Shown one piece after another: positions 13,901 through 24,531 of a stretch of DNA of 64,000 nt (position 1 is its first letter; each line of letters starts with the position of its first letter). This DNA comes from Mayamaea pseudoterrestris. Its lineage: Eukaryota. Below the pieces are notes generated by a model. It saw nothing but the letters and a program-made list of their open reading frames with translations, made no database searches and had not been told where the DNA came from. Position numbers and translations under genes: made by a program. The stretch is from contig BROI01000021.1 of assembly GCA_027923505.1 (NCBI GenBank), positions 558,001 to 622,000 of the forward strand. Direction: 5' to 3'.

Positions 13901-14409
13901 TCCTCCATCTGGTTCTTTTCACTTCCAAACTTTTTCTGTAAGCGTTCCTTGTATTGCATCATGCGCTTTTTCTTTTCAATTATAGACTCGGTCCGTGGCT
14001 GTTTGGTATTTGGACATATGCGTCCCTCTGCTGTGTCTCTCACACGAGTATTGCTTTGGTTGCGATCATCAATAAACGCTGATGTGTTGAAATGAAGATC
14101 ATTCCCTCGCTGTGCGTTGTAAGGTGCCATCGCTTGATCAGTCGCTGCAATTATATCAGGGGTGCGATTGTTCTTTAAGAAAATAGCTTCATTGGGACGA
14201 CGAAGAGGACACGGAGGGGAATTGGTCAGCCTGGGACTGGAAGCCTTCGGCGCTTGCTCGGAATATCGACTTTTGTAAATATGAGGCTCCCTCGCATGCA
14301 CTCGTTGCTCAATCTTCGAACAGAGTTCACCACCAAGTGCCACTGCCACTGTAGGCTCGTCTTTTTGAGCAAAAGCTTGAGAACATGGGGATGCAACCTT
14401 CCGACCCAT
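10909..14409 (-). CDS. Hypothetical 1166-aa Ser/Pro/Asp-rich, probably disordered protein
   Basis: Uninterrupted 3.5-kb ORF starting with ATG; no recognisable domain. Confidence 0.7.
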   Translation of the reverse strand: MGRKVASPCSQAFAQKDEPTVAVALGGELCSKIEQRVHAREPHIYKSRYSEQAPKASSPRLTNSPPCPLRRPNEAIFLKNNRTPDIIAATDQAMAPYNAQRGNDLHFNTSAFIDDRNQSNTRVRDTAEGRICPNTKQPRTESIIEKKKRMMQYKERLQKKFGSEKNQMEETSKCNELPKVSTSAPVADRITGGPSRRGRTATTCASTVQSPTTCERQTGRISTMQIGQIGRPRSRFRPHGGTGLDLSKESVPRIEPTKLIPKQSSERIKAPSRISIYETNSSRGSLRRNLCEMVAANNDSFTPTGPKSSRNQPKAPQRHRKPIETESQPEIVLASHETDDYNIGRVTSLAGGKQLNGEVPSLSTGRNLHPLPKSSPRVVKIRSPPHGVDIDVKRNEGWNYTSFIATFGNSMIPHKTLTELPSPQDHGLNAAGGSSIFSAITDADTAMEKQELPMSIFEHSCATAAYDKESYHPDLEIAASSSLFSFPSTNSGDQIKENYRLLERSKTDFNTFATDADDKSSLDSLYAGLDDHETPFAELDILIDRDMQQTMLAIPSVKSNVSDVEECMSDPPKVCDRPPLHESCSSGQESAKKIEPFSPTKRKGKVRQLFPFIFKLRGSNTIFLEDSNQDVEPSGLATSFRDSALTQPGSDDDDTRTMITVLEASEREGTGGAIEVLMSPRNSGSCLVVETGPLSIKEARSLASYKIQSPKLQRFSSLMGRVRSMRNPSSPCRVSAGRSKRDSIVFPNDDEVHLTPETEILHEVRLVSKECEPELHDLILHHQDVSDDLQQPQDFIIDLDCSDEHMTSVEVVPLPDGATYISAMSTGRRLSKHPVHPSPAITRSVCQPYGHFVLNPLLEPWTCVDTIQDDVGTPGDKNNGTSMASVSTKVESVIVVPPDISSDIHSALVPVTAKRTLFGIMRRPVRELPQVGVDMPITCPANGAINSSFFRKRRPLTPRQPAKEDGSTTRQASFNNESVEVEHLCDSSVDGAVSHSFNSRDYESYGSTTRATSITLSARKSHTKAAAPIDKAAQWLVQSFKGLVGTSSSGSDDNERQTTYSDSTGYDPSCDSEVVTEDNSSSVNEERRRCHKGQHVAVGQLDATISGLSDVASQESEQGTLISKNICDDLKRILAIAKQLDMAPELLIERIAAGESVEKLLHDRQS

Positions 14410-14795
14410 TCTTGCTTGCCGATGGGAAAGTTAGTCGAGCGTTGGCTACGGTATGTATCGATCGATTATCGATTCCTTTGCTTCTATCGACTAATGACCT
14501 TCCATATGCCTAATTCGACGAAAGCCAAACCGGCAAGGATGACTACAGTTGACACTCGATTGCCTTGGCTGATGGATCGACAAGCGACTGCCACCGTTTC
14601 AGTCGACCAGTGGGCGAGGTGCAGAATTTAGCGAGTGGGTCGAAGGATCTGGATAAGCATGTGCTTCTTAAGTATCCAAGCCTCGGCACGCACTCAGCCT
14701 AATCGACCAGACATTTCCGAGTGTCTTTGTCCGTTCAGAGTGCAATTCGGCATGCTTTAACCGAAGGAAAGGTGCAAACCTCACTCATTCACAGT

Positions 14796-14820
14796 CACTG
14801 ACGTCAGTGCCGGTTGACGT
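14796..14820. promoter_or_regulatory. Perfect 14-bp palindrome CACTGACGTCAGTG (CRE/bZIP-type TGACGTCA core) plus a second TGACGT, in a divergent promoter
   Basis: Palindrome at 14796-14809 and TGACGT at 14815-14820, about 120-140 bp upstream of the ATG at 14936. Function is inferred only. Confidence 0.4.
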
Positions 14821-14935
14821 CGTATGGCGTATCCAAAAAATAAGCGTCACGACCATGAAGTAAGTCCGTGAGCCTTGGCAGCCAAGTTGCTTAGTAAATC
14901 ATCGTAATTGCCAAGAAGAGTGCGGGAAATCTATC

Positions 14936-15703
14936 ATGTGCACTAAAAGTACACCATCCGATAGTCGCCAATACCAGACGCTCATTCTAGACATGGATGG
15001 CGTCTTAGCGGATGTCTCGAAATCGTATCGAGCCGCCATAGTCCAAACGTGCCACCATTTTGGAGCAACGGCCGTCGACTTGAATGTAATATCTGAATGG
15101 AAGGCAAGAGGTAACGCAAATGATGACTGGAAACTGTCGCGCGATCTCATTATGAATGATCCGAACGCGCGACGAGTGACACTTGAGGAAGTGACGGAGA
15201 AGTTTGAACAGTTGTATCAAGGACACGGAGACACACCGGGCCTGTGCACGCTAGAGACATTGATTCCGTCCCGAGAAACTCTGGAGGAGTTGCATCGAAG
15301 GTCCAAACCAGGCATTGGCATTGTGACTGGTCGTCCTCGACAAGACTGCTACAAATTTCTGAAACGCTATGATCTGGAAAGACTTATTATCGCTTCCTAT
15401 TGCATGGAGGATGGGCCTAGCAAACCGGATCCCTTTCCCGTCACAAAATGTTGCGAATTGCTCGGAGTCGAACCCGGCCCGAATGTAATTCTCGTTGGCG
15501 ATACGCCCGACGACATGAAGGCTGCCAGATCCGCAAGATGTACAGGAGTTGGGGTGACGACACCTGAAGCCGCCGTGGATCAAGAGGCCAAGGGCGAGCC
15601 CCATACAATGGCGAAATTGAGCTTGGCAATGAGCCAAGCAGGGGCAGATGTCATCTTGCCTCCTGGTTTTGCAGATCTGACAAACATGTTTCCGCCGCCG
15701 TAA
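14936..15703 (+). CDS. HAD-superfamily subfamily IA hydrolase/phosphatase (TIGR01548-like)
   Basis: Motif I ILDMDGVLADVSKSYR, motif II IVTGRP, motif III KPDP and motif IV VGDTPDDM. Confidence 0.88.
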   Translation: MCTKSTPSDSRQYQTLILDMDGVLADVSKSYRAAIVQTCHHFGATAVDLNVISEWKARGNANDDWKLSRDLIMNDPNARRVTLEEVTEKFEQLYQGHGDTPGLCTLETLIPSRETLEELHRRSKPGIGIVTGRPRQDCYKFLKRYDLERLIIASYCMEDGPSKPDPFPVTKCCELLGVEPGPNVILVGDTPDDMKAARSARCTGVGVTTPEAAVDQEAKGEPHTMAKLSLAMSQAGADVILPPGFADLTNMFPPP

Positions 15704-16824
15704 AATTGACATATACAGATTCGAATAAGCGTTAGCTGAGACTATTTTCCTTTATGGTGTAGCGGGCGTCATGATATCGTCGCCAACACGCACACACCAT
15801 TAAGGTTGTAAATGGCGCTTTCACCGCATCAAGGTCATCGATCAAACCGTTTTTGCTAAGTATGCTGTTGTCTGATTGGCTCTTGTCGGGCCTGAAAGAA
15901 AGGCATCGTTTGGTCATCCTTCAAAGCTGTGAGAAAGGCATCGTCACTGTGAACATTAGGTACTCCTCCTCATCGTCACATAATTCGATCTGCATGCGAT
16001 GATAATCGTCAACGCGCCCCTGTCAGTATATACGTGCAAATCTGTTTAGCATGCGTGTATCCGTCGCGAGCGACAATCGACCCGATAAACCACCCTGTTT
16101 TTCTACGACGTTGTTGCGTTTTGACCAAAACTTCCATTGACGAAGCAATTTTTTTTGTCCACGCCGAGTCTTCGACATCTGAAAAGGCAACGTGTTGTTT
16201 TGTAGTGACGTGTGCTTGTCTAGGCGAGCTTCCACGTTGTCATTCAATGACTTTTCGACATATCTTTCTGGCTTGATCCAAGAAAACGTTGACATCTGAC
16301 AACTCAGCTCTGCAGATCATTCGTCGTGCAATGCCATCTGTATGAAGTGAGATTAAATGCCTCAGTGTAGGATCATTAATGGACAAGCAACACACGCATA
16401 CAGTACGAAATTGTTCGAACGACACTTGGTCGTTTTCTGAAGGAGAATGTTTACCGACAGAACCCAAAGCTGCTCACAAGTCGTCTCGAAGCCCTACATA
16501 CTGATGGCCAATGCGATTATGAGGGACCACCTGCCGTGAAGGGTGGAGTACTTCTACCGGTGGTTGAGTTGTTGATGGGTGCACGACGGATCTTTAGGTG
16601 CCGGTATCATTGCGACAGATTGATACAACGCCACACACTGGACGGAAGTGTACCCAATCGCGCGCGCCAGCAAGTTGAACCTCGAGTATCGCGACTTGCG
16701 TTCCACCATGAGGTTGCTCACTCGTCGATTCATGGTGCTCAGCCCACAGCCAGAATTAAAGCGCAATTCAGATTGTTTCGAGCGATAGTGCCAGGTATCG
16801 CATCCGGTATCGCATCCAACCGCA

Positions 16825-18651
16825 ATGACACTCATGCCGATCTGCCTGATTGCATTCGCCTTAATAGCAACAGCACAACTGGTCACAGCCTTTGCGCCGC
16901 CTTGCATTAGCAATACGAGACTAAAAGCAAGCCAGCATCAACAATATGAATCCCGCGTTACGGCCCTCTTTGCATCATCCAGTCCTCCGACAGTCATCGT
17001 GGTTTCTCCACCTGGAGGTATTGGTGAGGTTGCTGCTGTAAAGTCTGCCTCCATGGGATGCAAGGTGCGCTGGTTTGTCGTCTCATCACCCACCACAGAG
17101 GACGCAAGCATGCAGCAACAAGGAGGGACATCATTACAATTGTCTCCACAGGCTATGAGAAACTTTCAGGTGGGTGGCGGGACGCTGGAACTTGCTGGGT
17201 CTGACGCAGACAAGCTTTTGCTTCCAGTCGACAATCCTGAGTCAACCATCTCGGCCTTGTCGCAGTGGACTGGAAGTGTTGATGCTTTGATTTGCACGTA
17301 CGATACAGGCCTTAAGGTCTCCCCTCAAACGTCAAACAAGGAGCGTGAGATACAAAAGCAACAAACATGGGATGATGCGATCAAAGTGGCTGCACGCGAA
17401 GCGGCCCAGGCCGTCGCGCCATCTGGGAGCAAGGTTGCTATATTATCCGCTTTCGACGAAGAAGCCGGCGGTGAGTCGCCTGCAGTTCAGCCTAATGGTA
17501 GAATATCAGGTGTAATGACTGGAATTTTAAATGGCGGTAAGCCTAACATCCCTACCACGTTGACGGAAGCCTTGAACACGAATCTTCAGTCAACTCTGTA
17601 TCGCCTTCGACACGGGGCTCTTTTTGGGCTTCCTGAAAGCTCACCCGACTTTAGTCCGCTTGTTGGAGGACCTAAAAAGGATGCAGAATTATGCGAGGAA
17701 TATACCATGAGGGCAGTTCGCGTCGACCCAAGCTTGTCCATTTATGGAAATGTCATGCTTGGTAGTACGACGAGGTCTTCCCGCATTGCCGTTGGCGAAG
17801 CGGCCGTCCTTATGGCGCTTTTGCGAGTTCCTGTCGAGAGCGACATGGATGTTTGCATATCGTCGCAACGGGGAATGGAGTATGTAAGTATTGGTCAGTG
17901 GAAGGAGGAGTTTATGCGCGCACAGCAAGTGCTGTCTTCTGGGCAAGGTGCACGATTATTTACCGCCGAGTTTGCTTCCGTTCCAAACGTTAGTCGACTA
18001 GCCGATTGGCTTGCAACGAAGTGGGCGCCGGCAGTGCTTCGAACGTATGATATTGCAACAATTCGTTCAGGTGAACGACCTGTAAATGTGCGTCGTGTCG
18101 ACGAGAACAAGGTAGAGATTGTCTGGCAGCAATTGGTGGATTTCCAGTCGGCCACTGTCGGAACATTGATAATCGAAGTGAATGATACTTATCTGACTGC
18201 TATTCGAGGGTCAGGGGATGCAAGTAAAGGTTTCGGAGCTATCAGCAGCCGACCCCTGAATGGCGAAGATGTCATTGTCAGATTTCTTGCCGAAGCGGCA
18301 TCTCAAGCTGTCGAGAAGGGCCTCGCGAAACGGGTAAGTCGAAATCATGTATGCCTGGCGAACAAAAGCAATAGTATTGATTCATTCATCCGTTTTTTCT
18401 TACGCTAAACTCCACCCCTACAGGCAATTCCGAAGAAATTGACACCAAAACCACAACTACAGTCCGCCGATTTGATTCCAGTCACAACCCTACAATCGTC
18501 CGGAACTGTAACGCAAAAGGAGCCAAGTCTTTTTCCGTCTCCTCCATCTACCAGGAGCGACCAAGGACCTCGGACTGCCGGTGCACGCCGTTCGACCGAG
18601 CGTCAGCGTGGCAAGCAACGGAGAAAAAAAGACGACGACACAGTATCTTAA
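16825..18651 (+). CDS. Plastid-targeted protein of unknown function with a possible degenerate Rossmann-like N-terminal fold. Intron 18334-18423
   Basis: Signal peptide ending VTA-FAP (ASAFAP motif), then a transit peptide. VIVVSPPGGIGEVAA...GCKVRWFV resembles a dinucleotide-binding start. The CGG|gtaagt...cag|GCA intron links to the 18439 ORF in frame. Confidence 0.72.
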
Positions 18652-18686
18652 AATAATGGTTGATTTGCGTACTTAAACATTTAGTT

Positions 18687-19564
18687 TTACAGAAATTCCA
18701 TGAGCAAATCGTCAAGGTAACCTTCATCCAATACATGCTGGATGCGTTTGTCCCACGCGTTGCCAAAAGGACGAAGTAGCACATTTCTCGGAAAATTGTC
18801 TAGATCGACAAGCTCATTGTCACTTCCGCTCGAAATTGATGACTCAAAAATTGTTATTCTAACATCCAATCTCTCTTTGGGCATCTCATCACCCAGGCGC
18901 CCGGGCCATTCAATCAATGATATGCACTTAGCGAAGACGTGTGGCAGATCGAGCACCATCAAGTCCTTACTATGTCCGGAGAGACGATACAGGTCCATGT
19001 GTCGAATTCTGAAGTAGAACAACGAAATCAAAGCAGCTTAAGCGCCAATATTAAGCTTGAATAGCACACACCTTTCAAACACCCTCTCAATCCAGAGTTT
19101 CATACTTACTCAATTGTTTCCTCATTTTTTCGATCGTCCAATTCTGTTGTATATGAATTACTTAGTAAATATGTCGGAGATGTGATAGGTCGTTCCCAGT
19201 CGCCAATCGCTGCTCGAATAAAGCCTTGGCAAAAAGCAGTCTTGCCAGCCGCTAAATCACCGTCTACGCAAATAGCCGACGGAACGAATGGAACAGCATC
19301 GAAAGAAGAACAAACAGAATACAAGACAGCACCTACTTGCTGCATATCTTGGATTGTAGGGATAATCAAACGAATATCATTGTGTGTTGACGAGGAATAC
19401 TGATCGTTAGCATGAAGCCACCGATTTTGAAGCAACTGAGATCGCCGTGAGCTGCCTTGTCGAAAGACGTTCGTCGAGATTGACCAGCACAATGTACGCA
19501 TAGATATGAACAAGATAAGTAAAGGTGCGACTGTGCAATTGAACAACCGAATCATAACATGCAT
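18687..19564 (-). CDS. tsaE: tRNA threonylcarbamoyladenosine biosynthesis ATPase TsaE (YjeE), probably organelle (plastid)-targeted. Intron 19009-19109
   Basis: Motifs GDLAAGKT (Walker A), ITSPTY, HMDLYRL and LIEWP, preceded by a hydrophobic N-terminal presequence. Confidence 0.9.
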
Positions 19565-19765
19565 CAGTTATTCATCCATTGAGAAGTCGATTCGTAGCAA
19601 AGCCAAATGCCATGGTCGTCAATCGTCAACGAGTCGTGTCATCTGCAACCAATACCGGTACGCCATCGCAAGCTACTTTTTGGTTGTCTACCTCGCACCG
19701 GTTCTCGAAAACGTGGCGGATGTCGTCGCGGTTCCTTGCAAAGCTTGCAGGCGCAAAGTACAACC

Positions 19766-20608
19766 ATGACGACAATAAAGACGCTTAGTAGACTAACTCA
19801 TTTGGTATCGAAGCGGTCATTGAGCGGGTTTTCGTTTGTGGGACCTAAAAGCCTTGACGATGTTCTCAAACTTGAAAAGGTAGCTGACAAATCTACCACG
19901 GACCTTGCGGATCTCTGGTACGCGTTTCACGACGACAAACATGGAGTTTTAGGCTTGGTGTCTCATGGCCAAGACGGAAAAATGGTCATTGAACGAGCAC
20001 GAAAATGGTAATTGACGTCATGTCAGTGTGAAGCGATGAGAGGAAGAAGATGAATGAGGGAAGCGTTTCGTTCCGTTTTGTTGCTTCGCTCTCACCCTTG
20101 CACTTTCGTATATCCTTGATCGGCAGTCCCTTTTTTATCCAACCAGTATTTCGAGACGATGGTGAGTTGTTCGGATGTGACAGTAGAGATACGGAGTACA
20201 ATCTTTTGACCCACAAAACTCAATATTACCCACTCCTTCTCAGGTTTCTTCATGCTTGTCTCGCAGTACATGGATCCATCCCATTTCTGTATGGCGTATC
20301 TTGAAGATTATAAGATGGATCCACACAGCGCCACGCCTTTATTGACCTTTAGTGTGTTTAACGACTTCGCTGATATAAAAAATATCTCTTTTGTCCGCGG
20401 GGACATTTTGAATCGAGGCATTGCGGACAATGAAGGGCAACAAATTGTATTATCCATGCTAAAAAGTTACATTCAAGACCATGAAACGATCAAAAAATTC
20501 AATCAAACACCACAACAGTTTGATATTGATGACTACATAAGCAAAATGAGTGCACGTTGGAAGCAAACTGTTGATGGTTTCAAGGGCAACTACATCAATG
20601 GGGAATGA
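19766..20608 (+). CDS. ATP11: Mitochondrial F1-ATPase assembly factor ATP11/ATPAF1. Introns 20008-20126 and 20162-20243
   Basis: Mitochondrial-type presequence, then PKSLDDVLKLE...LWYAFH, CPFFIQPVFRDDGFFMLVSQ, AYLEDYK...ATPLLTFSVF, FVRGDI and FNQTPQQFD, the ATP11 family pattern. Confidence 0.85.
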
Positions 20609-20640
20609 CTGCAGTAGACGGCAGCAGCCTCGCATGCATA

Positions 20641-21600
20641 TAAGCGTCTTATTTATGTATTACTTTAGTTTTGTGCACAACTCTATACCTAATAAATCAT
20701 AAATGCGCCAAATAACAATTATAGCAAAGATAAAGTTGCAATTGTGTTCCTGCGGCATTAATTTCAACTCATGGCAAATTTAGCATGAGCTTGATTGTAG
20801 TGTAGCATGACAGCTAACACAGTTGTGGAGCAGCGAGGTGGTAGGATACATGCTTTGAAAGGGAACAACAACTTTTATGTGCTTCTGCGCCAATACCATC
20901 CATTAATGGGAGCGCTCTAGTGAATGCAACTTGCTTGAGTGAATGTGATCATATTGTAACATGCACAGTGATGATGTCAATGCATAAACAGTCTAAAGAA
21001 AGCTTGTCAACCATTCTGCAAAGGGTGAAGGTGGCAATGTTTGAGCGAGCAAAATTGAGAAGGCCTTGATATTATGCTGGTCTAAACAAATCTTGGGGGC
21101 AGCAGCAGCAGCAACACTGAAAGTGGAGGCGCCAATTTCTTGCGCTACCAGGTGATGCCTTGCCATTTGAGCAGTTGTCATTGCGATCCCATCCATGGCT
21201 CTCAGATGGGAAGTAGAGTTATAAAATGGTATCAAAAAAGCAAATTGAATGATGCACACTGAAAGCCGTTGCAAGGCAAATGCTGCGAGTTCTAGAGTGC
21301 TGCCGCTGCGCCAACTGCTGCATCAACAGTCAAGCCCCCAGTCATTCAACCCTTTGTGTGCAATCAAGATGTGGGGAATGGATGTGCGGTGACTGCGCCC
21401 ATGCTTCAAGTGGAGGACAGCTGGATACTGTAGCTTTGTGCACACCTGTTTTGTCCAACTCAGCCCAGCAGCAACCCCAGCCACAAGCCAACAGTGTGCC
21501 ATCCCAGTTGATTCAAGCCCATATAGATATCAGATGCTCCTCATACAGTGCTTAAAGCCCAATCATAGCTCACCTCCATATTATAGACATTCAAACCTCT
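20641..21600. other. CpG-depleted, TpG/CpA-rich island; probable methylation-decayed repeat, transposon or pseudogene relic
   Basis: I count only 16 CpG in 960 nt, whereas flanking DNA is CpG-rich. No credible ORF. Confidence 0.6.
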
Positions 21601-21676
21601 GGTCACGATAACTCTTACCTTTTGAATCCAAAAATCCGTTCAAATATGCAAGCTAGACGTGTCACAGTGTGATACA

Positions 21677-21749
21677 GGGAGGCTAGCTCAGTTGGTAGAG
21701 CGCGTGCTTAGCATGCACGAGGTCAGCGGTTCGATTCCGCTGCTTTCCA
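21677..21749 (+). tRNA. tRNA-Ala (anticodon AGC), intronless
   Basis: Full 73-nt cloverleaf: acceptor stem GGGAGGC/GCTTTCC with the G3:U70 Ala identity pair, D arm GCTC/GAGC, anticodon stem CGTGC/GCACG with loop TTAGCAT, T arm AGCGG-TTCGATT-CCGCT and discriminator A. Followed by T4 at 21750-21753, a Pol III terminator. Confidence 0.97.
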
Positions 21750-22168
21750 TTTTGCTGGCAAACTATCGTTAGTTAAACATCATTATGATTTCAGATATAC
21801 TAGGTGCAAGTCGATTTAAGTTTATACTCTCTGCCCTTTGGTTTGCCTTGAGGTGAGTATACTTTAACTGTACGAAACTGACCTCGCTAAACATAACATC
21901 TCGGTAACAGCAGGGCAACGTGCGGTCGCAAAATGCCGGAGTTACTATGTACCGGTATGTATAGCGGGCGAGCGACGGAGCGACGAAAGGAGTCTTTTTT
22001 ACTCGCCGCCGCGAAATGACTCGCTGGCGCTCGCTTGTACGACTCCTACGAGGATCTACGGACCCGTCGATTCTTCTTGACGCACGGCCCTTCTCAGCCT
22101 CATAATTTGAAGCAGCAGCAACATCGATCCGAAGCCTACTCCCTTCCAACACTCTTTGCAGCACTACC

Positions 22169-22903
22169 ATGGATCGTGATTCACTTGTTTACAAAGCCAA
22201 GCTCGCCGAGCAGGCTGAGCGCTTCGATGAGATGGTCTCCGACATGAAGGAGGTTGCTCGCCAGCCGCAGGAGCTCACGGTTGAGGAGCGCAATCTTTTG
22301 AGCGTTGCCTACAAGAACGTGATTGGTTCTCGCCGTGCCTCTTGGCGCGTTGTTACCAGTATCGAGCAAAAGGGAGACCCTGACAAAATGACCATTATCA
22401 AGGACTACAAGGCCAAGATTGAGAGTGAACTTGTCGACATCTGCAACGACATTCTCTCCATCATCGTTGACTCCCTCATCCCGAATAGCACGTCGGAGGA
22501 AGCCAAGGTCTTTTACTACAAGATGAAGGGTGACTACCACCGTTACCTTTCCGAGTTTCAGAGCGGAGATGTACGCAAGGAGAGCGCCGGAGCTGCCCTG
22601 GATGCCTACCAAGCCGCCAGCGGAATCGCGTCGTCGGACCTACCACCTACCCACCCGATCCGCTTGGGACTTGCCCTCAACTTCTCGGTCTTTTACTATG
22701 AAATTCTTAACTCCCCGGATAAGGCCTGCCAAATTGCCAAGCAAGCGTTCGATGATGCCATTGCTGAACTTGACACGCTTAACGAGGAATCATACAAGGA
22801 CTCGACGCTGATCATGCAGCTCTTGCGCGACAACCTTACTCTGTGGACCAGCGACCAGGCCGAAGGCGAAGAGGAGGCACCGGCCGAGGACAAGGGCGAG
22901 TAA
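22169..22903 (+). CDS. 14-3-3 protein
   Basis: Motifs [54 protein letters not shown] and [19 protein letters not shown]. Confidence 0.99.
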   Translation: MDRDSLVYKAKLAEQAERFDEMVSDMKEVARQPQELTVEERNLLSVAYKNVIGSRRASWRVVTSIEQKGDPDKMTIIKDYKAKIESELVDICNDILSIIVDSLIPNSTSEEAKVFYYKMKGDYHRYLSEFQSGDVRKESAGAALDAYQAASGIASSDLPPTHPIRLGLALNFSVFYYEILNSPDKACQIAKQAFDDAIAELDTLNEESYKDSTLIMQLLRDNLTLWTSDQAEGEEEAPAEDKGE

Positions 22904-23158
22904 AGCAAATGACCATTACAAGCGTCGTGATCAACTTTGCGTTGCCTTACAAATATATAAAGAAAGTCTATTAAAAAGGTATTTCAAAACAGGATCATCA
23001 GCCTCTTTAAACTTGCGAGGTTTCTGTTTATAATAATCAACTATGACACGAAAGCAAGAGAGAATTAGGCTGGTCGTAACTTTTAAAACAGTAACGTAGG
23101 TCTATACGACAGTGCCATGACTGAGGGGAAGCGAGGAGACGCCGCCATCCGCCATCCC

Positions 23159-24531
23159 TTATTTTAGGCCCATGGCTTTTTCAACTCTCAGGTGCTCACG
23201 CATTTGAAGGTAGTTGATAGTGCCGTTCAATATCATGAAACTACCGACAATTTGCGCCGTGCGAATCACAACGCCTTTTGGAAACAAAGTCGCAAACGCA
23301 GTCCTGGTTATCATCCGAGCAGACAATGGCCAAGACTGCGTCATAGTGTCAACGACGGGTGGCACGCTCTTGCTTACGAACATTCTAAAAAGAGAAGAGT
23401 ACGAGCTTTGTGGCTGCATTAGCTTAAACGTTGACAGGTTGTGAGGAACATGGGATAGATACCCAGAAACAATGCCGGCTGCCAAGCTACCAGAAGCATT
23501 TGCAAGCATGGGATGACCCAAAAAGAAGGGCTGCATTCGCTCCTCAAAGTAGTCGCTCATTTGATTCAAACCAATGCCAAAGATAATTTCTCGACTTGCT
23601 CTAGGCAGAAGACCCCTTATCCATCTCGATGTCATTGGTTCTGGATTCAAATGGCCGGCGTTGGATGCCTCCAAAATGCTGGAAATGGGTGTCATGGCGA
23701 TACCTGGTGCTATAGCTGTAGCCATTCTAACAATGTTCGGATAGTTGTATTGGTCGGGGTCTACTGATCGCTCAAACATTGTGCGCAAGCCTTTAAAGCC
23801 AGTAATGTAGGCACTGACAGACGTAAACAGCAACGCGCATGGTAAGTTTTTGAGTTGAGAGATTAAACGCTTGCTACGTTCAACATCAACGAGCGCACTT
23901 ACATTCGTGTCGGAACTTGTATGTGCATGTTGGGGAACAAATCAGCCTTCACACCCGTTAGCGATGCATTCAGCATGGCATTCAATGCCGACCGATAATA
24001 GGATTCGATACCCGCGGCAATCGCCACAAAAGGAATATTAATCTCTTGCTGTTGCTGCTCCAGCAGCGGCGTCTGATATTTTCGTGTACCTGTTCGAACA
24101 GTTTCACACAATCCCATAGCAATCTCCGTGGCAATTTCTGGTTCCCTCTTCATCAGTTCTAGCAGGTCCGATCGTAGCATTTCGAAGACGCGGCATTCGT
24201 CAGATATGCACTTAACGGTAGCAAATACAGGATCCATTGAAAGAACCTTCATACTTCCGATACTCTTCGCCTTGATCGCATATTCAACGTTATGAACCTT
24301 GCCGTCACCTGACTCATAGAGCCTTCGGATCTCACCAGTGTCCAAGAGGAAGAATCGATCGGACGGTGCACCTTGCGTCAGCATGACTTGGTTTCGCCCA
24401 AAGACCTTATACTTCATGAGTCTGGATATCTCTGTCAGATGTTCATCCGACACCTTAAAAAACATTTCGCATAGCTTTAGCAGCTCCTTGCAATTGTCAT
24501 CGTCGTCGCGGTTGCTGCCATGGCCTCTCAT
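23159..24531 (-). CDS. Cyclic-nucleotide-binding-like domain fused to a degenerate mitochondrial carrier (SLC25)-like membrane domain. Intron 23814-23902; start uncertain (first in-frame ATG 24531, frame open further upstream)
   Basis: N-terminal half VFGRNQVMLTQGAPSDRFFLLDTGEI...IGSMKVL...FATVKC...VFEMLRSDLLELMKREPEIA has the cNMP/CAP fold pattern. The AT|gtaagt...cag|T intron joins it to TM repeats with RGLLPRASRE..FG, GIVSGYLSHVPH and LFPKGVVIR, which are carrier-like. Confidence 0.7.

Noticed and set aside
16023..16467. Selenoprotein-like TGA readthrough at 16240-16242
   Set aside because: No redox motif around the TGA, no recognisable selenoprotein family and no SECIS identified.
20993..21555. 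93-aa and 91-aa ORFs in the CpG-poor island as real genes
   Set aside because: No domain similarity; the Cys/Gln/His-rich composition is what CpG-to-TpG/CpA decay produces.
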